From Selaginella moellendorffii (lineage: Eukaryota > Plantae > Lycopodiophyta), in assembly GCF_000143415.4 (NCBI RefSeq), contig NW_003314323.1, forward strand, positions 252,499 to 316,498: a stretch of 64,000 nt of DNA, read 5' to 3'. The position numbers and the translations under genes are program-made. The notes beneath the pieces were generated by a model. That model was not told the DNA's origin, searched no databases, and saw only the letters and a program-made list of their open reading frames with translations. Position 1 is the stretch's first letter. Each line of letters starts with the position of its first letter. Positions 37,401 to 49,986 of the stretch are shown here, one piece after another.

Positions 37401-37735
37401 TTGTGGTTGATGAAAGTAGTAACAACATCAAAGCTATTCAAAGGCATAGAAGAGTGGAGCTTTTCTTGTTCTAAAAAATTCACATACCTCCATGAAACTC
37501 TTTTTCCTCACTATCAATGTCATTGTCCTCTCGGTCACGCAATGCTCCATTAATGGGAAAGAAGAATTTCGACTTAGGGCATTAGGGGTAATTTAGGATG
37601 CTGGCCGGAATCTAATCAAGATCCCGGGATCTTTGTAACATCACTCTTACATTCTAGTAGAGAATATTCTTGAAATTAAATATCTACACATGAATAGAGA
37701 ATGCAAACTATTAGGGTTTTTGCTAATAGAGGGGA

Positions 37736-38435
37736 ATGGCGCTGGCTGGGGCTGCAGCGATGGCGCTCGCACCTCGAATGCGGCCAGGGAGTCTTGGATT
37801 TTCGCGCAGCTGGGGCGTCCAGCGGCTGAGAGCAATGTGCTCGATGGAGCGCGTGAACAAGACGGAAGAGGAATGGAGAGCCGTGCTGAATAGCGAGCAA
37901 TTCCGGATATTGCGAATGAAAGGAACCGAGTAAGGTGTTTTTGGATAGATTTTTTGCTGTGCTATTGCATATTTCCCATAGGCGATGCTGCATTTTTCTT
38001 GCATGATTCTACTTGCTGTGTTCTTGGCGGGACGACAAATTATGATAGTCTTTGTCTGTGACCGTGCAGGATGCCAGGGAGTGGCGAGTACAACAAGTTC
38101 TACGAGGACGGAGTGTACAACTGCGGGGGCTGCGGAACACCGCTCTACAAATCGACAGCAAAGTTTGATTCCGGATGTGGATGGCCAGCGTTTTTCGAGG
38201 GTCTTCCCGGAGCAATCAACAGAACAGTGAGCACTTTAGCTGTAGGCATCACCGAGAAATGTGTTTTCCAATGCAGGTAGACGCTGATGGCTATCGCACT
38301 GAGATTACGTGTGCTGCTTGTGGAGGACACCTCGGTCACGTCTTCAAAGGCGAGGGGTTTCCAACTCCGACGAACGAGCGCCACTGCGTGAATAGCATAT
38401 CGCTCAAATTCGCTCCGGGTGACCAGGACAAGTGA
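37736..38435 (+). CDS. MSRB: Peptide methionine sulfoxide reductase B with putative transit peptide; exons 37736-37929, 38070-38226, 38277-38435
   Basis: [20 protein letters not shown]; [11 protein letters not shown]; [10 protein letters not shown]; [12 protein letters not shown]; RHCVNS. Confidence 0.96.
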
Positions 38436-40267
38436 GCTGTGTGGATGGCCTCTGCCAGGTACGTTCTCGAGCTCTGTTTTGTTAAGAAAAAACCAATTTT
38501 TGTTGGTACTTCTGCAGGTGACGGAAGTGGATTGTATTTGTCTGGAAAAATAAAAATCCCTCGTTTGTGGAAACGTTGTGTTCGCTATTCACTGCAAGTT
38601 GCATAGATTTTTTGTCGTCGTTTATCCGAGGACGAGGCAAGGTCTTTGCGGTGGACAGATGCCGACAAAATGCATTTCCAGTAAGAAATTCTCGCTGCTT
38701 TTGCAGTTTGATACCGCACTGAGATCATGCGTGGAGGAGGACAAAGTGGAAACGCTTTCTTCTAACATTTTGAAGGCTGTAGAATAAAAACAGGTAATCT
38801 AGAATGGGACCCTCTATATTCCTCTCTACCGAGCTCCTGTGAATATTTTCCTGGTTGTTTTCTAACAGCGAATGAACACGTGCGCGATTTGGAGATAGCG
38901 AAATCTCTCCTCGGGTGAAGTCGGGCTATCCTTACGCAGTGTTCGTGTTACCACCTTTTGGAAACTCAGAGATCATGCTGGTTTTGTGCAGGTTTGACGA
39001 GGCAGTGGCGCAAAAGAAATCGACTGTGGCTCCGTAATTGCATATTCAGGTTCGGTACTTGGATCCGCCTTTTGCTGCTTGTCTAAGATAACTCGGCGTT
39101 TTTCTCAGATTGGCGAAGAAAAGCAATGACGGGTCACATCTCAGCTCTCCTGTTACAATAAAGAAGAACACACGAGAATGTAACTGGAAAGCGATTGGGT
39201 ACGAAAGCGTAGGCCACGCGAACGAACTTCCAACAGCGTTTCTCGGAATGTCAACGGAAGAGCCATGATAAACAGAGCCTCTACAGGTAAGATCCTTTCA
39301 TGGCGTGGGATTTTGCTTGACTAAGTATATAGCCAGTGCGTGAGGCTACCTCCTTTCTTTCTAGACTCTTGTGATATGACTTGGTTGTCTTCCTACCAAC
39401 AGGTAACAACATCAGGTCTCGCACAAGAAACAAAAGCAAAGGCGTGATGCAACAGCAACAGGTGCAATCTCTCACTTTGATTTAGTTTTTCTAACGTCTT
39501 GAGCTTGTGGTCTTCTTTCCAGACGCGGACGGGTATCTCGCAGCATGAAATCCAATTTGGAAAAATCTAGTTTCGCTAAGCAAAGGATCTGCGTAATCTT
39601 TGGCACCCCAAACAAGGAAAGGTTCGTGTTTGCAGATCGTATCGTATTTGGATGAACAGGGATAACATGAGGTTTGCAGCATTGATCAGCCGATGACATA
39701 ATCTCGCAACATCGAGGCCAAGAACCACAGTGGAAACAAAAAAAATCTCTCGGGCGAGAGAAGAGATACCTATGGCTGCGCATAGGTGAACGCTCAATAG
39801 CATGCTGATGCAATCTACAGGTCTATAAGCGCAAAAAAAAAAAAAAAAAAGAAGAGGAAAACCACGCACTCAGTGCCGTGCTTTTCAACATAAATACTCT
39901 CCCAGTGCCTCCGCTGTATCACCAAAACGACCACCTTTGGCGCTTCGAGAGAGGTGAATTGAGCTGCATTGCACTCTCACATCTTCTAAAAATCTCTCTT
40001 TTCTTGTTGCAAGATTGCCACAGCGCTCGCATCTCTCCTGTGTCAAAGCTGAAAGAAGAATCTTTGTGCGGCGAGAAGAAGTGGCCAAGGTTTTTTAGCG
40101 TGTGTACGTAGAGCTTGATTTCCTGGTTTCGTGCGTAAGATGGCGCCGTGAAGCTCTCTCTTCTCTTCGCTGGATTGATCGATCAAATTCTCAGTGATCT
40201 TTCTTTCTCTCATTCTCTCTCGAGAGGAGACGATCGTCCAAGAGAAAGGAGGAGAAGATCGAAGATC

Positions 40268-42757
40268 ATGGCATGGGCAGCACCTTACAAGGTGGTGCTT
40301 GGGAGCTTCGCGTTCCTCATCTTTTGGACGCTGGCCACCTTCCCGGCGGTCCGATGCCTCCCCGTCGGACGGACCGCAGGAGCTCTCCTGGGAGGAACGC
40401 TCATGGTCGTCTTCCAGGTCCTCTCTCCAAACCAGGCCTTCGCGGCGGTGGATCTTCCCATCCTCGGCCTCCTCTTTGGCACCATGGTCATCAGCGTCTA
40501 CCTCGAGCGCGCCGATCTCTTCAAGTACCTCAAAATGGTGCTCTCATGGCGCTGCCGCGGCGCCAAGGACCTGCTCGTCCGCGTGAGCGTCTTCTCGGCG
40601 CTGGCCAGCGCGCTCTTCACGAATGATACCATCTGCGTGATCTTCACCGAGTTCGTGCTCAATCTGTGCAAGCAGCACAATCTCCCACCGGAGCCATTCC
40701 TCCTGGCGCTCGCCTCCAGCGCCAACATTGGCTCCGCCACCACGCCCATCGGCAACCCCCAGAACCTCGTCATCGCGATCGAGAGCAAGATCCAGTTCGG
40801 CAAGTTCCTCATCGGCGTCCTCCCCGCCATGATCGCCGGGATCGTCTTCAACATCCTCTTCCTCCTCGCCATGTACTGGCGGCAGCTCTCGCAAGGCCTG
40901 GCCGCCGCCGATGCTCCGCCACCCCTCCCCGCCCCCGCCGATGCCACCAGCGATCCATCCTCCGCCATGGAGCTGGGCGCGATCAAATCCATCCAAGTCA
41001 TCTCCCCACACAATCACCACAGCCCGCGACGGTCGCCGCTCTCCTACGAGCGCCTCCACAGCGGGCCACTGAGCGCCGCCGCCGTGGGGGAATATCCCAC
41101 CGCCGCCGCGGCGCCGCCATCGCCCATCGCGGAGGAGGACGACAAGCCCACGCCGCTCTACTCCTCCCGCGTCTACTCGCCCGTACACCCCATCGCCGAG
41201 AAGCAGCACCAGCTCTACTCTCCGCGGGTCCACTCCCCCGGGATGTCGCCCGCGGGGATGTATTCCCCCGCGTCGGGATATTCTCCCGCGCAGGCCACAG
41301 CGGCGAGGTTCTACTCCGGGCGGGACGGCCAAGCCCACCACGCCCACCACCACGCTGCGGCGCCGCACAGGGAGATAAACGAGCAGCACCACCACAGGGC
41401 GCAGCTGCGGGAGCACCTCACCACGCCCAAGGGCGGTAAAGATGTCACCGCGGACTACCCCGAGAAGCTGCAAGAGGCTACCGGGAAGGAGGAATATGCG
41501 CCGTGGTACCGGTGGGGTCCCAAGCTCCGGCGCAAGGCCTGGATGGCCGCGGTGTACGGCGTCACCGCAGGGTTCCTGGCGGCGCTCCTCTCGGGGCTCA
41601 ATCTCACATGGAGCGCGCTCACCGCCGCCGTGGCGCTCATGGTGCTGGATTTCTCCGACGCTGGCCCCAGCTTGGACAGGGTAAGTGCCACCCTCGATCA
41701 ATCATTCCCCCCTCCTCTTTTCGTTCGATCGATCCGATCGATTCTAGGGTACCATCATCTATGCCCTTTTTCCTCGATTCGATTGCTTCTTTTTCCCTTT
41801 TTCTTTGTGCTTCTCTGACCCGCAAATCTGATCGGGCATCCGGAATTCCAATTCCTCTAGAGCGGCCTCACGCTCTTTACGGTTCTCTCGGTTCATAGGC
41901 AGGCTTTTGCGCCGAGCATACTTTCGGTGTGTGTTGCCTACCAACATGGCGACATGGATGGATCTCTCATCTTTTTCTCTTCCTTTTTTCTCGCGTTCGC
42001 GGTACTATGGAGACTGTGGAGACTAAAGCCTTGATCTCGTCCTGTGCTCTTTCTTTGTTCCAGGTCTCTTATTCGCTGCTCGTCTTCTTTTCCGGGATGT
42101 TCATCACCGTGGATGGATTTAACAGCACTGGCGCTCCAGGCCAGTTCTGGAACGCTGTTGAGCCCCACACTCGAATCGATTCTGCAAAGGGGGTGGCCAT
42201 CTTATCCCTCGTGATTCTCATTCTCTCCAACGTCGCATCCAACGTTCCAACTGGTGAGTCATTGATCCTTGTTCCCACTTTTTGGAGCTCTCTCCTTTCA
42301 CTCACACTCGTGCTTACTCGTACTCTTTTTGAGAGATCCTTGTTTCCTCCTTTTTGAGCTCTTTCCTTTCAGTCACACCAGTGCGTACTCTTACTCTTTG
42401 TTGTTCCTCACAACTTTTTGCCTTTACTCCCACTCACATCCATCGTTTCTGCTCGGTGTTTCTCACATCCTTTTCTTTCTTTTCTCTGCAGTGCTGCTTT
42501 TGGGAACACGGGTGGCGGCATCGGCCGCGGCGATTCACGGGGCCAGCGTTACAAGATCGTGGCTTTACCTGGCATGGGTGAGCACAGTCGCTGGCAACTT
42601 CACTCTCATCGGCTCCGCTGCGAATCTCATCGTCTGCGAGCAAGCCCGGCAAGCAAAGCCCAACAGCTACAACCTCACCTTCTGGGCTCATCTCAAGTTC
42701 GGGATTCCTTCGACGTTGATCGTGACGGCTCTCGGGCTTCCGCTCATTCAAGGCTGA
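40268..42757 (+). CDS. LSI2: Lsi2-like silicon efflux transporter (ArsB/NhaD/CitMHS family); exons 40268-41680, 42064-42253, 42492-42757
   Basis: [11 protein letters not shown]; SALFTNDT; [15 protein letters not shown]; SNVASNVPT; [18 protein letters not shown]. Confidence 0.92.
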
Positions 42758-43579
42758 AACTTTGCGGGCTGGTCACTTTCGTTGATCCCTTCGCTGGAAG
42801 CTTTCGGGTGTATAGTATGACGCATATGGATGGATACGTAGCAAGCAGCAGACAGCGCCAAGCAAGGAACGCAAGAAAAAAAAGAAAGAAAAAAATGGAA
42901 GTTTTTCAGTCCCTTGCTTTTTAAGTAGCTCCTCTCGAGGCCTCTGAAGTGCAGGCTTTCGTTGGGCTTTTTCTGTACAATAAAAAGATTTCTAAGTTGT
43001 GAACAAAGATTTCTTCTGTGAAAACAAAAAATCGTTTTCTTTACCTGGCCAAAGTCGTGATATTTCGGCCGAGAAAATCTGACAGAAGAAATACTTTGTG
43101 GAATTTGGAGCAAAGTTGGAAACGTTTCTGGTCAACTAGTCAACCATCAAAGTCAAAACCTCGAGGTCTGATCGGACGGCCAAGGGAGAAAATTTCAACG
43201 ACTACGACGTGTCCAAGTGGCATCTCAAGCCGCCAACCACGTGTCTATATATATACATTGACTTGCAGACACGTGGCAAAATATCAAACCCGCCATCTGA
43301 AAGCTCAAACGTCAAGCCGCAAAGCCTCTCTTCCAGGTTGGTGAGATATTCAGACATTTTTCTTCATTCTTTTTGTTCTTACTGGATCGCTCCCGCAGTT
43401 TGGAGAGACTTATCTATCAATCATAGACTAAAAGAGTTTTTTTTCTTGTGGACTTGGTTGATTTCTTGGTCCATCTCCATCAATCGATCAAACCAAGACT
43501 TCCCCGCGATTCCTTTTCCACGGAGTAGTGATCGATCGATCAACCGATATCCGATGATATGACCACTGACACCATCTCG

Positions 43580-45307
43580 TCAGCCTTGGATCAAAGGGAG
43601 CCCGACCGCGATGACGATGAATGTGGATGGCACTCCAAACGCCAAGTGCTTCCAGAAGGAGAGATTGAACTTATCGCTCTCCGCCCGGCGCGCTTGCTCG
43701 CTCACGATCAAGTTGGCGGCGGAGCCGACGAGCGTGAGATTCCCCGCCACGGTGCTGACCCAGGCCAGGACCAGCCATGCCCGCGTCACGCTCGCGCCGC
43801 TCGTCGCCGCCGCGGACGCCGCCACCCTCGACCCCAGCAGCAGCACCGTCGGGACGTTGGACGCGACGTTGGAGAGGAGCACGACGACGAGCGAGAGGAG
43901 CGCGATCCCGGACACGCTGTCGATCCGCGCGTGGGGTTCCACGGCCTTCCAGAGCTGGCCGGGCGCTCCGGTGCGATTGAAGCCGTCCACCGTGACGAAC
44001 ATCCCCGAGAAGAAGACGAGGAGCGAGTACGAGACTTGATCCAGGCACGGCCCCGCGTCGGAGAAGTCGAGCACGATGAGCACCACCGCCGCCGTGAGCG
44101 CCGTCCACGAGAGGTTGAGGCCGTAGAGCAGCGCCGCCAGCATCGCCAGGGTGACGAGGTAGACGCAAACCTTCCACACTTTCCTCCGGAGCCTGGATGC
44201 GCGTGTTGTCTTTAGCGGCGGCGATGATGGTGGTGGTGGTAGCGCTCCCGCCTCCTCATCGAATTCTTCCGGGACGTGGCTCCGCGTGGATCGTGAGCGG
44301 CGGAAGGAGCTCGAGCTTCTCGAGCTTCTCCGCGATTCCAGGCGGAGGAGATCGTCGATCACTGCCGGGGAGTGGAGCCAGTTTGGCGGATCGTGCTCTG
44401 TTTCCTCTGTTTGCTCCGCGTCCGCGGCGGCGATGGTCTTGCCGGATTCCTGGTAGCTCGAGGGGCTGGCGGCGAGGGGCTGGACGCGGACGAGGCTGAC
44501 GTGGTCGTGCTCGCGGTCGTGATCGTCTTCCGGGAGCTCGGCCACCTTTGGAGCAGCGCCGCCAACTTCTGGCATTTGAATCATCGCCGCTGGCTTGTCA
44601 AGTTGTCCGCCACCACCGCCACCACCACCACTCTCCACGTCTCCAGCGGCGATGGCGTGGCGATCATCGATCTTGGGCAGCGGCTTGAGGCTCTTCCAGT
44701 AGAAGAGCAGCAGGAGCACGGTGTTGACGAAGATCCCCAGTGCCATTGCCGGAAGAACACCCACGAGGAACTTGAAGAAGGAGATCTTGCTCTCCACCGC
44801 GATGACCAGGTTCTGCGGATTGCCAATGGCGGTGGCGGCGGAGCCAATGTTGGAGCTGGTGGCGAGCGCCATGAGGTACGGCAGCACTGGCACGCGGTGC
44901 TGCTTGCAAAGCCTGAGCACGAACTCGGTGAAGATCACGCAAGTGGTGTCGTTCGTGAAGAGCGCGCTGCTCAGCGCCGAGAGGACGCAAATCCGGCACA
45001 GCAGATCCTTCGGGCCGCGGCTCCGCCACGAGAGCCCCGAGCCCAGATACTTGAAGAGATCGGCGCGCTCGAGGTAGACGCTCACGACCATGGTGCCGAA
45101 GAGGAGGCCCAGGATGGGGAGATCGATGGCGTCGAAGGCCTGGTTGGGAGAGATCACTTGGAAGACGACCATGAGCGAGGCGCCGAGCAAGGATCCCGCG
45201 GTTCTGCCAATTGGGAGGAATGGCACTGCTGGGAAGACTGCCAGGATCCAGAACACCGCGAATGCGATGCTCCCCAGCGCGACCTTGTGCGTCGCTGCCC
45301 ATGCCAT
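43580..45307 (-). CDS. LSI2: Second Lsi2-like silicon efflux transporter, intronless (575 aa)
   Basis: Same motifs in one uninterrupted ORF. Confidence 0.94.
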   Translation of the reverse strand: MAWAATHKVALGSIAFAVFWILAVFPAVPFLPIGRTAGSLLGASLMVVFQVISPNQAFDAIDLPILGLLFGTMVVSVYLERADLFKYLGSGLSWRSRGPKDLLCRICVLSALSSALFTNDTTCVIFTEFVLRLCKQHRVPVLPYLMALATSSNIGSAATAIGNPQNLVIAVESKISFFKFLVGVLPAMALGIFVNTVLLLLFYWKSLKPLPKIDDRHAIAAGDVESGGGGGGGGQLDKPAAMIQMPEVGGAAPKVAELPEDDHDREHDHVSLVRVQPLAASPSSYQESGKTIAAADAEQTEETEHDPPNWLHSPAVIDDLLRLESRRSSRSSSSFRRSRSTRSHVPEEFDEEAGALPPPPSSPPLKTTRASRLRRKVWKVCVYLVTLAMLAALLYGLNLSWTALTAAVVLIVLDFSDAGPCLDQVSYSLLVFFSGMFVTVDGFNRTGAPGQLWKAVEPHARIDSVSGIALLSLVVVLLSNVASNVPTVLLLGSRVAASAAATSGASVTRAWLVLAWVSTVAGNLTLVGSAANLIVSEQARRAESDKFNLSFWKHLAFGVPSTFIVIAVGLPLIQG

Positions 45308-45882
45308 GATCGCGGAGGGGGAGCTCTTGTTCTATGTGTTCGTGGGATCGTTCGTCTTGCTGGATTGGTGATTGATCGCGGACTTATAGCATGTGGAGGA
45401 GATTTGCTGCTAATGGTGCCAAGGAGAGGCGATGGATTTGTCCGCTTCCAACCTTACAAGTGTTCTTGCGAGGTGGCCGAGATCCAGACCTGCCGAAATT
45501 CGCGTGTCAGTTCGGGTTGGGAGAGGTGATCCTGCGAAAGAGAATCGGGGCAACCGCTAGCATTCAATGCCCGAATCAATCCATTCGCAAACCAAGCGGA
45601 GCTCTCGATCGAGCTCCCACAATCAATCAGCACACGAAAAGAAAGGAATTAAAATGCGCATGCCAAAAGGAAATGCCAGCGAACTCGCGGAGGATCCACG
45701 ATCGGTTTCACGAGCGCCAAGATCTCACGAGATCAAAGCAAAGCAAAAAGCAAGTAGAGATGGATGGATGGATGGAAAGAGAGGGCATACCAATTGGAAA
45801 AGCTTCCAATCCTCCTTAGAAGCCCGTCGTCGTCGTCGTCGTCTCGGTCGTAGTTGAGCACTCACGAGCTCCCCATCGCCGC

Positions 45883-45995
45883 ATTTATAGGAAGACTCCA
45901 TCCCTTCCGCCCCGCAAAACAAATCCTCATTTTAGTCCAGGGCTCCATGGATTAGGGTTTAAGCCCGCCACGTGGCACAGTCTCTGACACGTGTC
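45883..45995 (-). promoter_or_regulatory. Putative promoter of the minus-strand Lsi2: TATA box, telo-box and two palindromic ABRE/G-boxes
   Basis: CTATAAAT on the minus strand at about 45883-45890, AAACCCTAA 45952-45960, GCCACGTGGC 45967-45976, GACACGTGTC 45986-45995. Confidence 0.55.
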
Positions 45996-47004
45996 CAATG
46001 CGTACGGAGCCGCCCGCCGGACGTACGCATGGCTGAGATCAGGCACATCTAGCGGTTGTGGCGACCGCGACCGTCGGATCCCGGGGGGTTCGCTAGATGA
46101 TTCGCGCACAGTGACCCCGCGGCTAGAAAATTTTGGAGGTTGGCTTTGACAGTGGTTTCTCTTCTTCTTCTTCTTCTTCGCTCGTTCGCTCGCTCGCTAT
46201 GCTGCTCTGGGAGAAGAAGTATCCATCGATGGGAAACCAATTGCCGCTTTCATCACCGGTCGGATCATAAACGTATGATCCTTTTCACGCGTTTGGAGAC
46301 AATGTTGCCATCGAGCATTTTAAGCCGGGAAAGCTCAAGGGCCACAAGCAGACAGCTGCAATTTGGGCGATGTCGAGATGAGTGTTACAGTGACGTTTGA
46401 ACTTAAAAGAGCATTGTACCTCTCTTGATCGAATTCCTCCGTTAAGTCACGGTAAAACTGTACCTGTCCTGGGCCGGCGAAAGAGAACAACATAGGAAAC
46501 ATTAGAAAACTTGCAAGAAAGGAGAAGTACCTCGTCCATGTCAGTGTTAAAAAAACTTTTTCCTTTTCTTGCTTTCTCTCTTCTCTTTGCTCGAGTGGTT
46601 CACGCTTCCTGTGTCCCGGAAGAGGAGGAGACACTGCTTGACAGCCCCGCGGCATCCACAGCGAATGTCGCAAGTTCATCGAAGCTTGCTCACATTCTCT
46701 CACATTCTCATGTTGGTGAATGATAGCGCCGCTGCGCTACAAGCCAAGACCGTCCAGCCGTCCGGAAGAGACTTTCCCTCCGGCTGATGATAAGAAAGAA
46801 GTTGACACCCAGAGCCGTGATCCCGAGGACATCTGTACAAAACAGGCACACGCGCAGCCTTAGACCGGAAATTTTTAGCCGAAGAAAAACAAGCATAAAA
46901 GGAAAAACAAGTTGCACGAAAAGAAAATCGTGTACCGCCAGTGAGGAAAAAACATACCCCCCGGTGCGTGCGAGATCCGGGGCTGGATTTCGCTTGGCTT
47001 GACC

Positions 47005-48068
47005 TCAGTGTTGCGACCTTCCCAAGAATCTGAGAAAGCTCCACATGAATGTAGAAGCTGCGAATAGTGCTGCACCGACCAGCAATGCGGTGTTGAAACC
47101 CACGCTCACCAGCAGGTTGACTAGAATGCCAGCGATGGCGACACCGAAGAAGTTTGCCCAGAAGGAACTCCAGAATGGCATTCCCAGAACCACAGAAGCC
47201 ATGGCACCTGTCCAAGCTCCAGTCCCCGGGAACGGGACTGCCACAAAAAGCATTAGTCCCAGCCACTTAAATTCCTGGATAGGCCCGGCCTTGCGTCTCG
47301 TGTGTTTGTAAATCGAATCCAAAACTTTCCTGGCACTGGAGCTCCTCGCTGTGAGAAACGTAGTTAACTGTTCCATGTAGAGCAGCACCAATGGCACAGG
47401 GATCATATTCCTGCCAAATAGAAAACGCATGTCAAAGCTTGAGACGTGACATGCTTGAATGCTTAGCTATGCATACTAGAAGTTAGAACAAAACAAAACA
47501 AGATCAAGGAAACTATACGTGTGACTTACCCGGCCACCGAGAGACAGTAGACTAGAAGAGGATTCAGCCGCATCCAATACCCGACTGGAATCGCCCCGCG
47601 AAGCTCCAGCACTGGAAGCGTCGCGAGCGCAAAGACGATTGCCTCGTCTGGCCACCGCGAGCTGCGAAGATAATCTGCTATGCGGAGTCCCAGGGCGGAT
47701 GCTCCGATGGAAGAAGACTCGGCGGCTCCTCCAGCCGCGGCATAGGCGAGAAGGTTGCTTGAGAGGATCCACGCAAGGAGCGAAGCAGCGGTCCCTTTGG
47801 CAATGGCAGCGAGAATTTTCTTGCCGCTACCGCTGATTCTGGAGTCCGATGGCCATGAATCGGCGTTTTTTGATGCCGCGCATCGCAGTCGAGGTTGGAT
47901 CTGGATGCCTTGTCTCGAGATCGAGAGATGACTTACTTGAAGAGAAGATTTCGTGATCGGGATGCGCGGCAGCGATGCTAGAGCCTCTGCATTGCACGGC
48001 TGCGACCTCCGCAACTCCGATCCGGCAGCAGCCAAGCTCCAGCGCCCTGCGCTCACGGCAGAGATCAT
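47005..48068 (-). CDS. Putative small multi-drug export (COG2426-like) membrane protein with plastid-type transit peptide; exons 48068-47530, 47410-47005
   Basis: LATLPVLELRGAIPVG; GNMIPVP; FVAVPFPGTGAWTG. Confidence 0.9.
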
Positions 48069-48134
48069 CCTGGCACAATAAACCCTAGGACGCCATAGCC
48101 GGGAAGAATATCCAAGAGGGAATAATCTTCTCGT

Positions 48135-49832
48135 TTAAATCCGCCCCAAGAACATGTTTGACAGTAGGACAAAGGTCGCTGGCACGGAGCTCTGGATCGC
48201 TTGATTGCAGCGGAGAAGATCGCTGTGGATGTTGCAGCAGCCGAGAATCGTGTTCCAGGCGATCGACGTGGGCTCGAATGGCATGCTTTCGAAGAGATCT
48301 CGCGCATCGCCCATCTCCCCCACGCGTCCGAATACCCCGATCATACAGCAGTAGTGCTCCAGGATTGGAGCGATCGCGAAATCGGTGCTCATCGACCGGA
48401 AGCACTGGCGCGCGAGATCCATCTGCCCGACGTGGTTGAATCCAGAGAAGATCCCCACGAATGTGAGATTGTCTGGCATCAAACCCTCGAGGAGCATGCG
48501 ATCGAGCAGCTCCAGCGCCTGGATCGTGTGCCCGGCCTGGGAGTGCGCCAGAATCAGGTAATTCCAGGGCCCCCAGCGCGGCTCCGGCATCCGGGAGAAC
48601 ATCTCCCTCGCGCGATCGAGGAGCCCATCTCTGGCATAGGCAGTGATCACCGCGTTCCAGGTCACGGCATTCCACTGCGGCATGAGATCAAACAGCCGCT
48701 GCGCTCCTGCGATGTTTTTGCAATCCGAGTGCCCTGCCACGATCGCGGTCCACGAAACCACGTCGCGAATTGGGGCTCCGTGGAAGAATGCGAGTGATCG
48801 ATCGATCCTGGCGTGCTGGGATGCCGCCGCTGCGATCATCACGTTCCATGCAGTGATCTGGCGATCGGGGAAGGAATCAAACACAGATTCGAGCTCGTCG
48901 AGAGGCGAGCAGCGACGCGCGTGGGCGTGGAGGAGCGCCGAGAAGGTCACGGAAGAGTGTAACGGCATCTTGTCATAAAAGAGTTTAGAAGATTCTAGAT
49001 CCCCAGCTTGGGCATATGCTGCGAGCATGGTAGTCCATGAAACCACGTCGCATATTCTCATAGAAAGAAAGAGACTTCTTGCTTGAGAGACTTTGTAGTA
49101 GAGAATGTATGCCTGTAGCATGGCATTAGACATTGGTAAGCTGGGATCAAGAATGGAGTTAAAGATAGATTCCGCATCTTCCAGATGCCCGTTCTCGGCA
49201 TATGCCATTAGCATCGCTGAAGAAGATACCATGCTAGAGCAGGGCATCTTCGCAAAGAACCTCGCGGCTCCATCTAAATCGCCGCTTTGCGAGCAGCAGG
49301 TGATCATGGTCGTCCATGAGATCACGTCTCTCTCAGCCATCCGATGAAAGATCTTTGTTCCATTGGTCACATCCCCAGCTTGGGCATATGCCAGGAGCAA
49401 AGAGTTCCAAGACACAAGATTGGTCTCTTCCATGGAATCAAAGAATGTCTTCGATTCGCGAAGATGCCCGGCCTGGGCAAGCGCCGCCAGCACCGCGCTC
49501 GCGGATACCACATTGTGCTGCGGCATTCGATCGAACCCCCACTTTGCCCTCTCCACGGCGCCATTTTGGGCATAGGCCGCGAGAAGGATGCTCCACGAGT
49601 AGAGGTTAGGGTTCCTGAGGCCGTGGAAGACGAGCTGGGCTTGATCCAAGCTCCCGCATTTGCCATACATGTCGATGAGGCGATTCGCAAGGTATCGGTC
49701 GCGCGAGAGCCCAGATCGCACGATCTGGCCGTGGATTTCACTGCCCAGGAAGAGATCGCGAGCGATCCCGCAGGATTGGAGGCGTTGAGCGTAGACATTG
49801 ATGGCTTGATGCTCGGTGAGGAAGAATCTCAT
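48135..49832 (-). CDS. PLS-class pentatricopeptide repeat protein, intronless, with E-like C-terminus and no DYW
   Basis: LIDMYGKCGSLDQA; repeated VVSWT/N..AYAQ.G; HYCCMIGVFGRVG..MPFEP..WNTILGCCNIH..FVLLSN. Confidence 0.92.
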   Translation of the reverse strand: MRFFLTEHQAINVYAQRLQSCGIARDLFLGSEIHGQIVRSGLSRDRYLANRLIDMYGKCGSLDQAQLVFHGLRNPNLYSWSILLAAYAQNGAVERAKWGFDRMPQHNVVSASAVLAALAQAGHLRESKTFFDSMEETNLVSWNSLLLAYAQAGDVTNGTKIFHRMAERDVISWTTMITCCSQSGDLDGAARFFAKMPCSSMVSSSAMLMAYAENGHLEDAESIFNSILDPSLPMSNAMLQAYILYYKVSQARSLFLSMRICDVVSWTTMLAAYAQAGDLESSKLFYDKMPLHSSVTFSALLHAHARRCSPLDELESVFDSFPDRQITAWNVMIAAAASQHARIDRSLAFFHGAPIRDVVSWTAIVAGHSDCKNIAGAQRLFDLMPQWNAVTWNAVITAYARDGLLDRAREMFSRMPEPRWGPWNYLILAHSQAGHTIQALELLDRMLLEGLMPDNLTFVGIFSGFNHVGQMDLARQCFRSMSTDFAIAPILEHYCCMIGVFGRVGEMGDARDLFESMPFEPTSIAWNTILGCCNIHSDLLRCNQAIQSSVPATFVLLSNMFLGRI

Positions 49833-49986
49833 TCATTTAGGGCTTACAGCATGCCAAGTCAGCAAAAACGAAGAGCGAATATTCTGTGAATGGATGGATA
49901 TTCTGGGATTCTTTCTCTTGGGACCTAACCCTAAGGGATAGATCCGGCGTGGATTGCCGGGGAGCAACGCAAGTCGGGGGAGATTC

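Noticed and set aside
40544-45529. Long antisense ORFs (385 aa each) over the Lsi2 genes
   Set aside because: Shadow ORFs expected from GC3-rich coding sequence.
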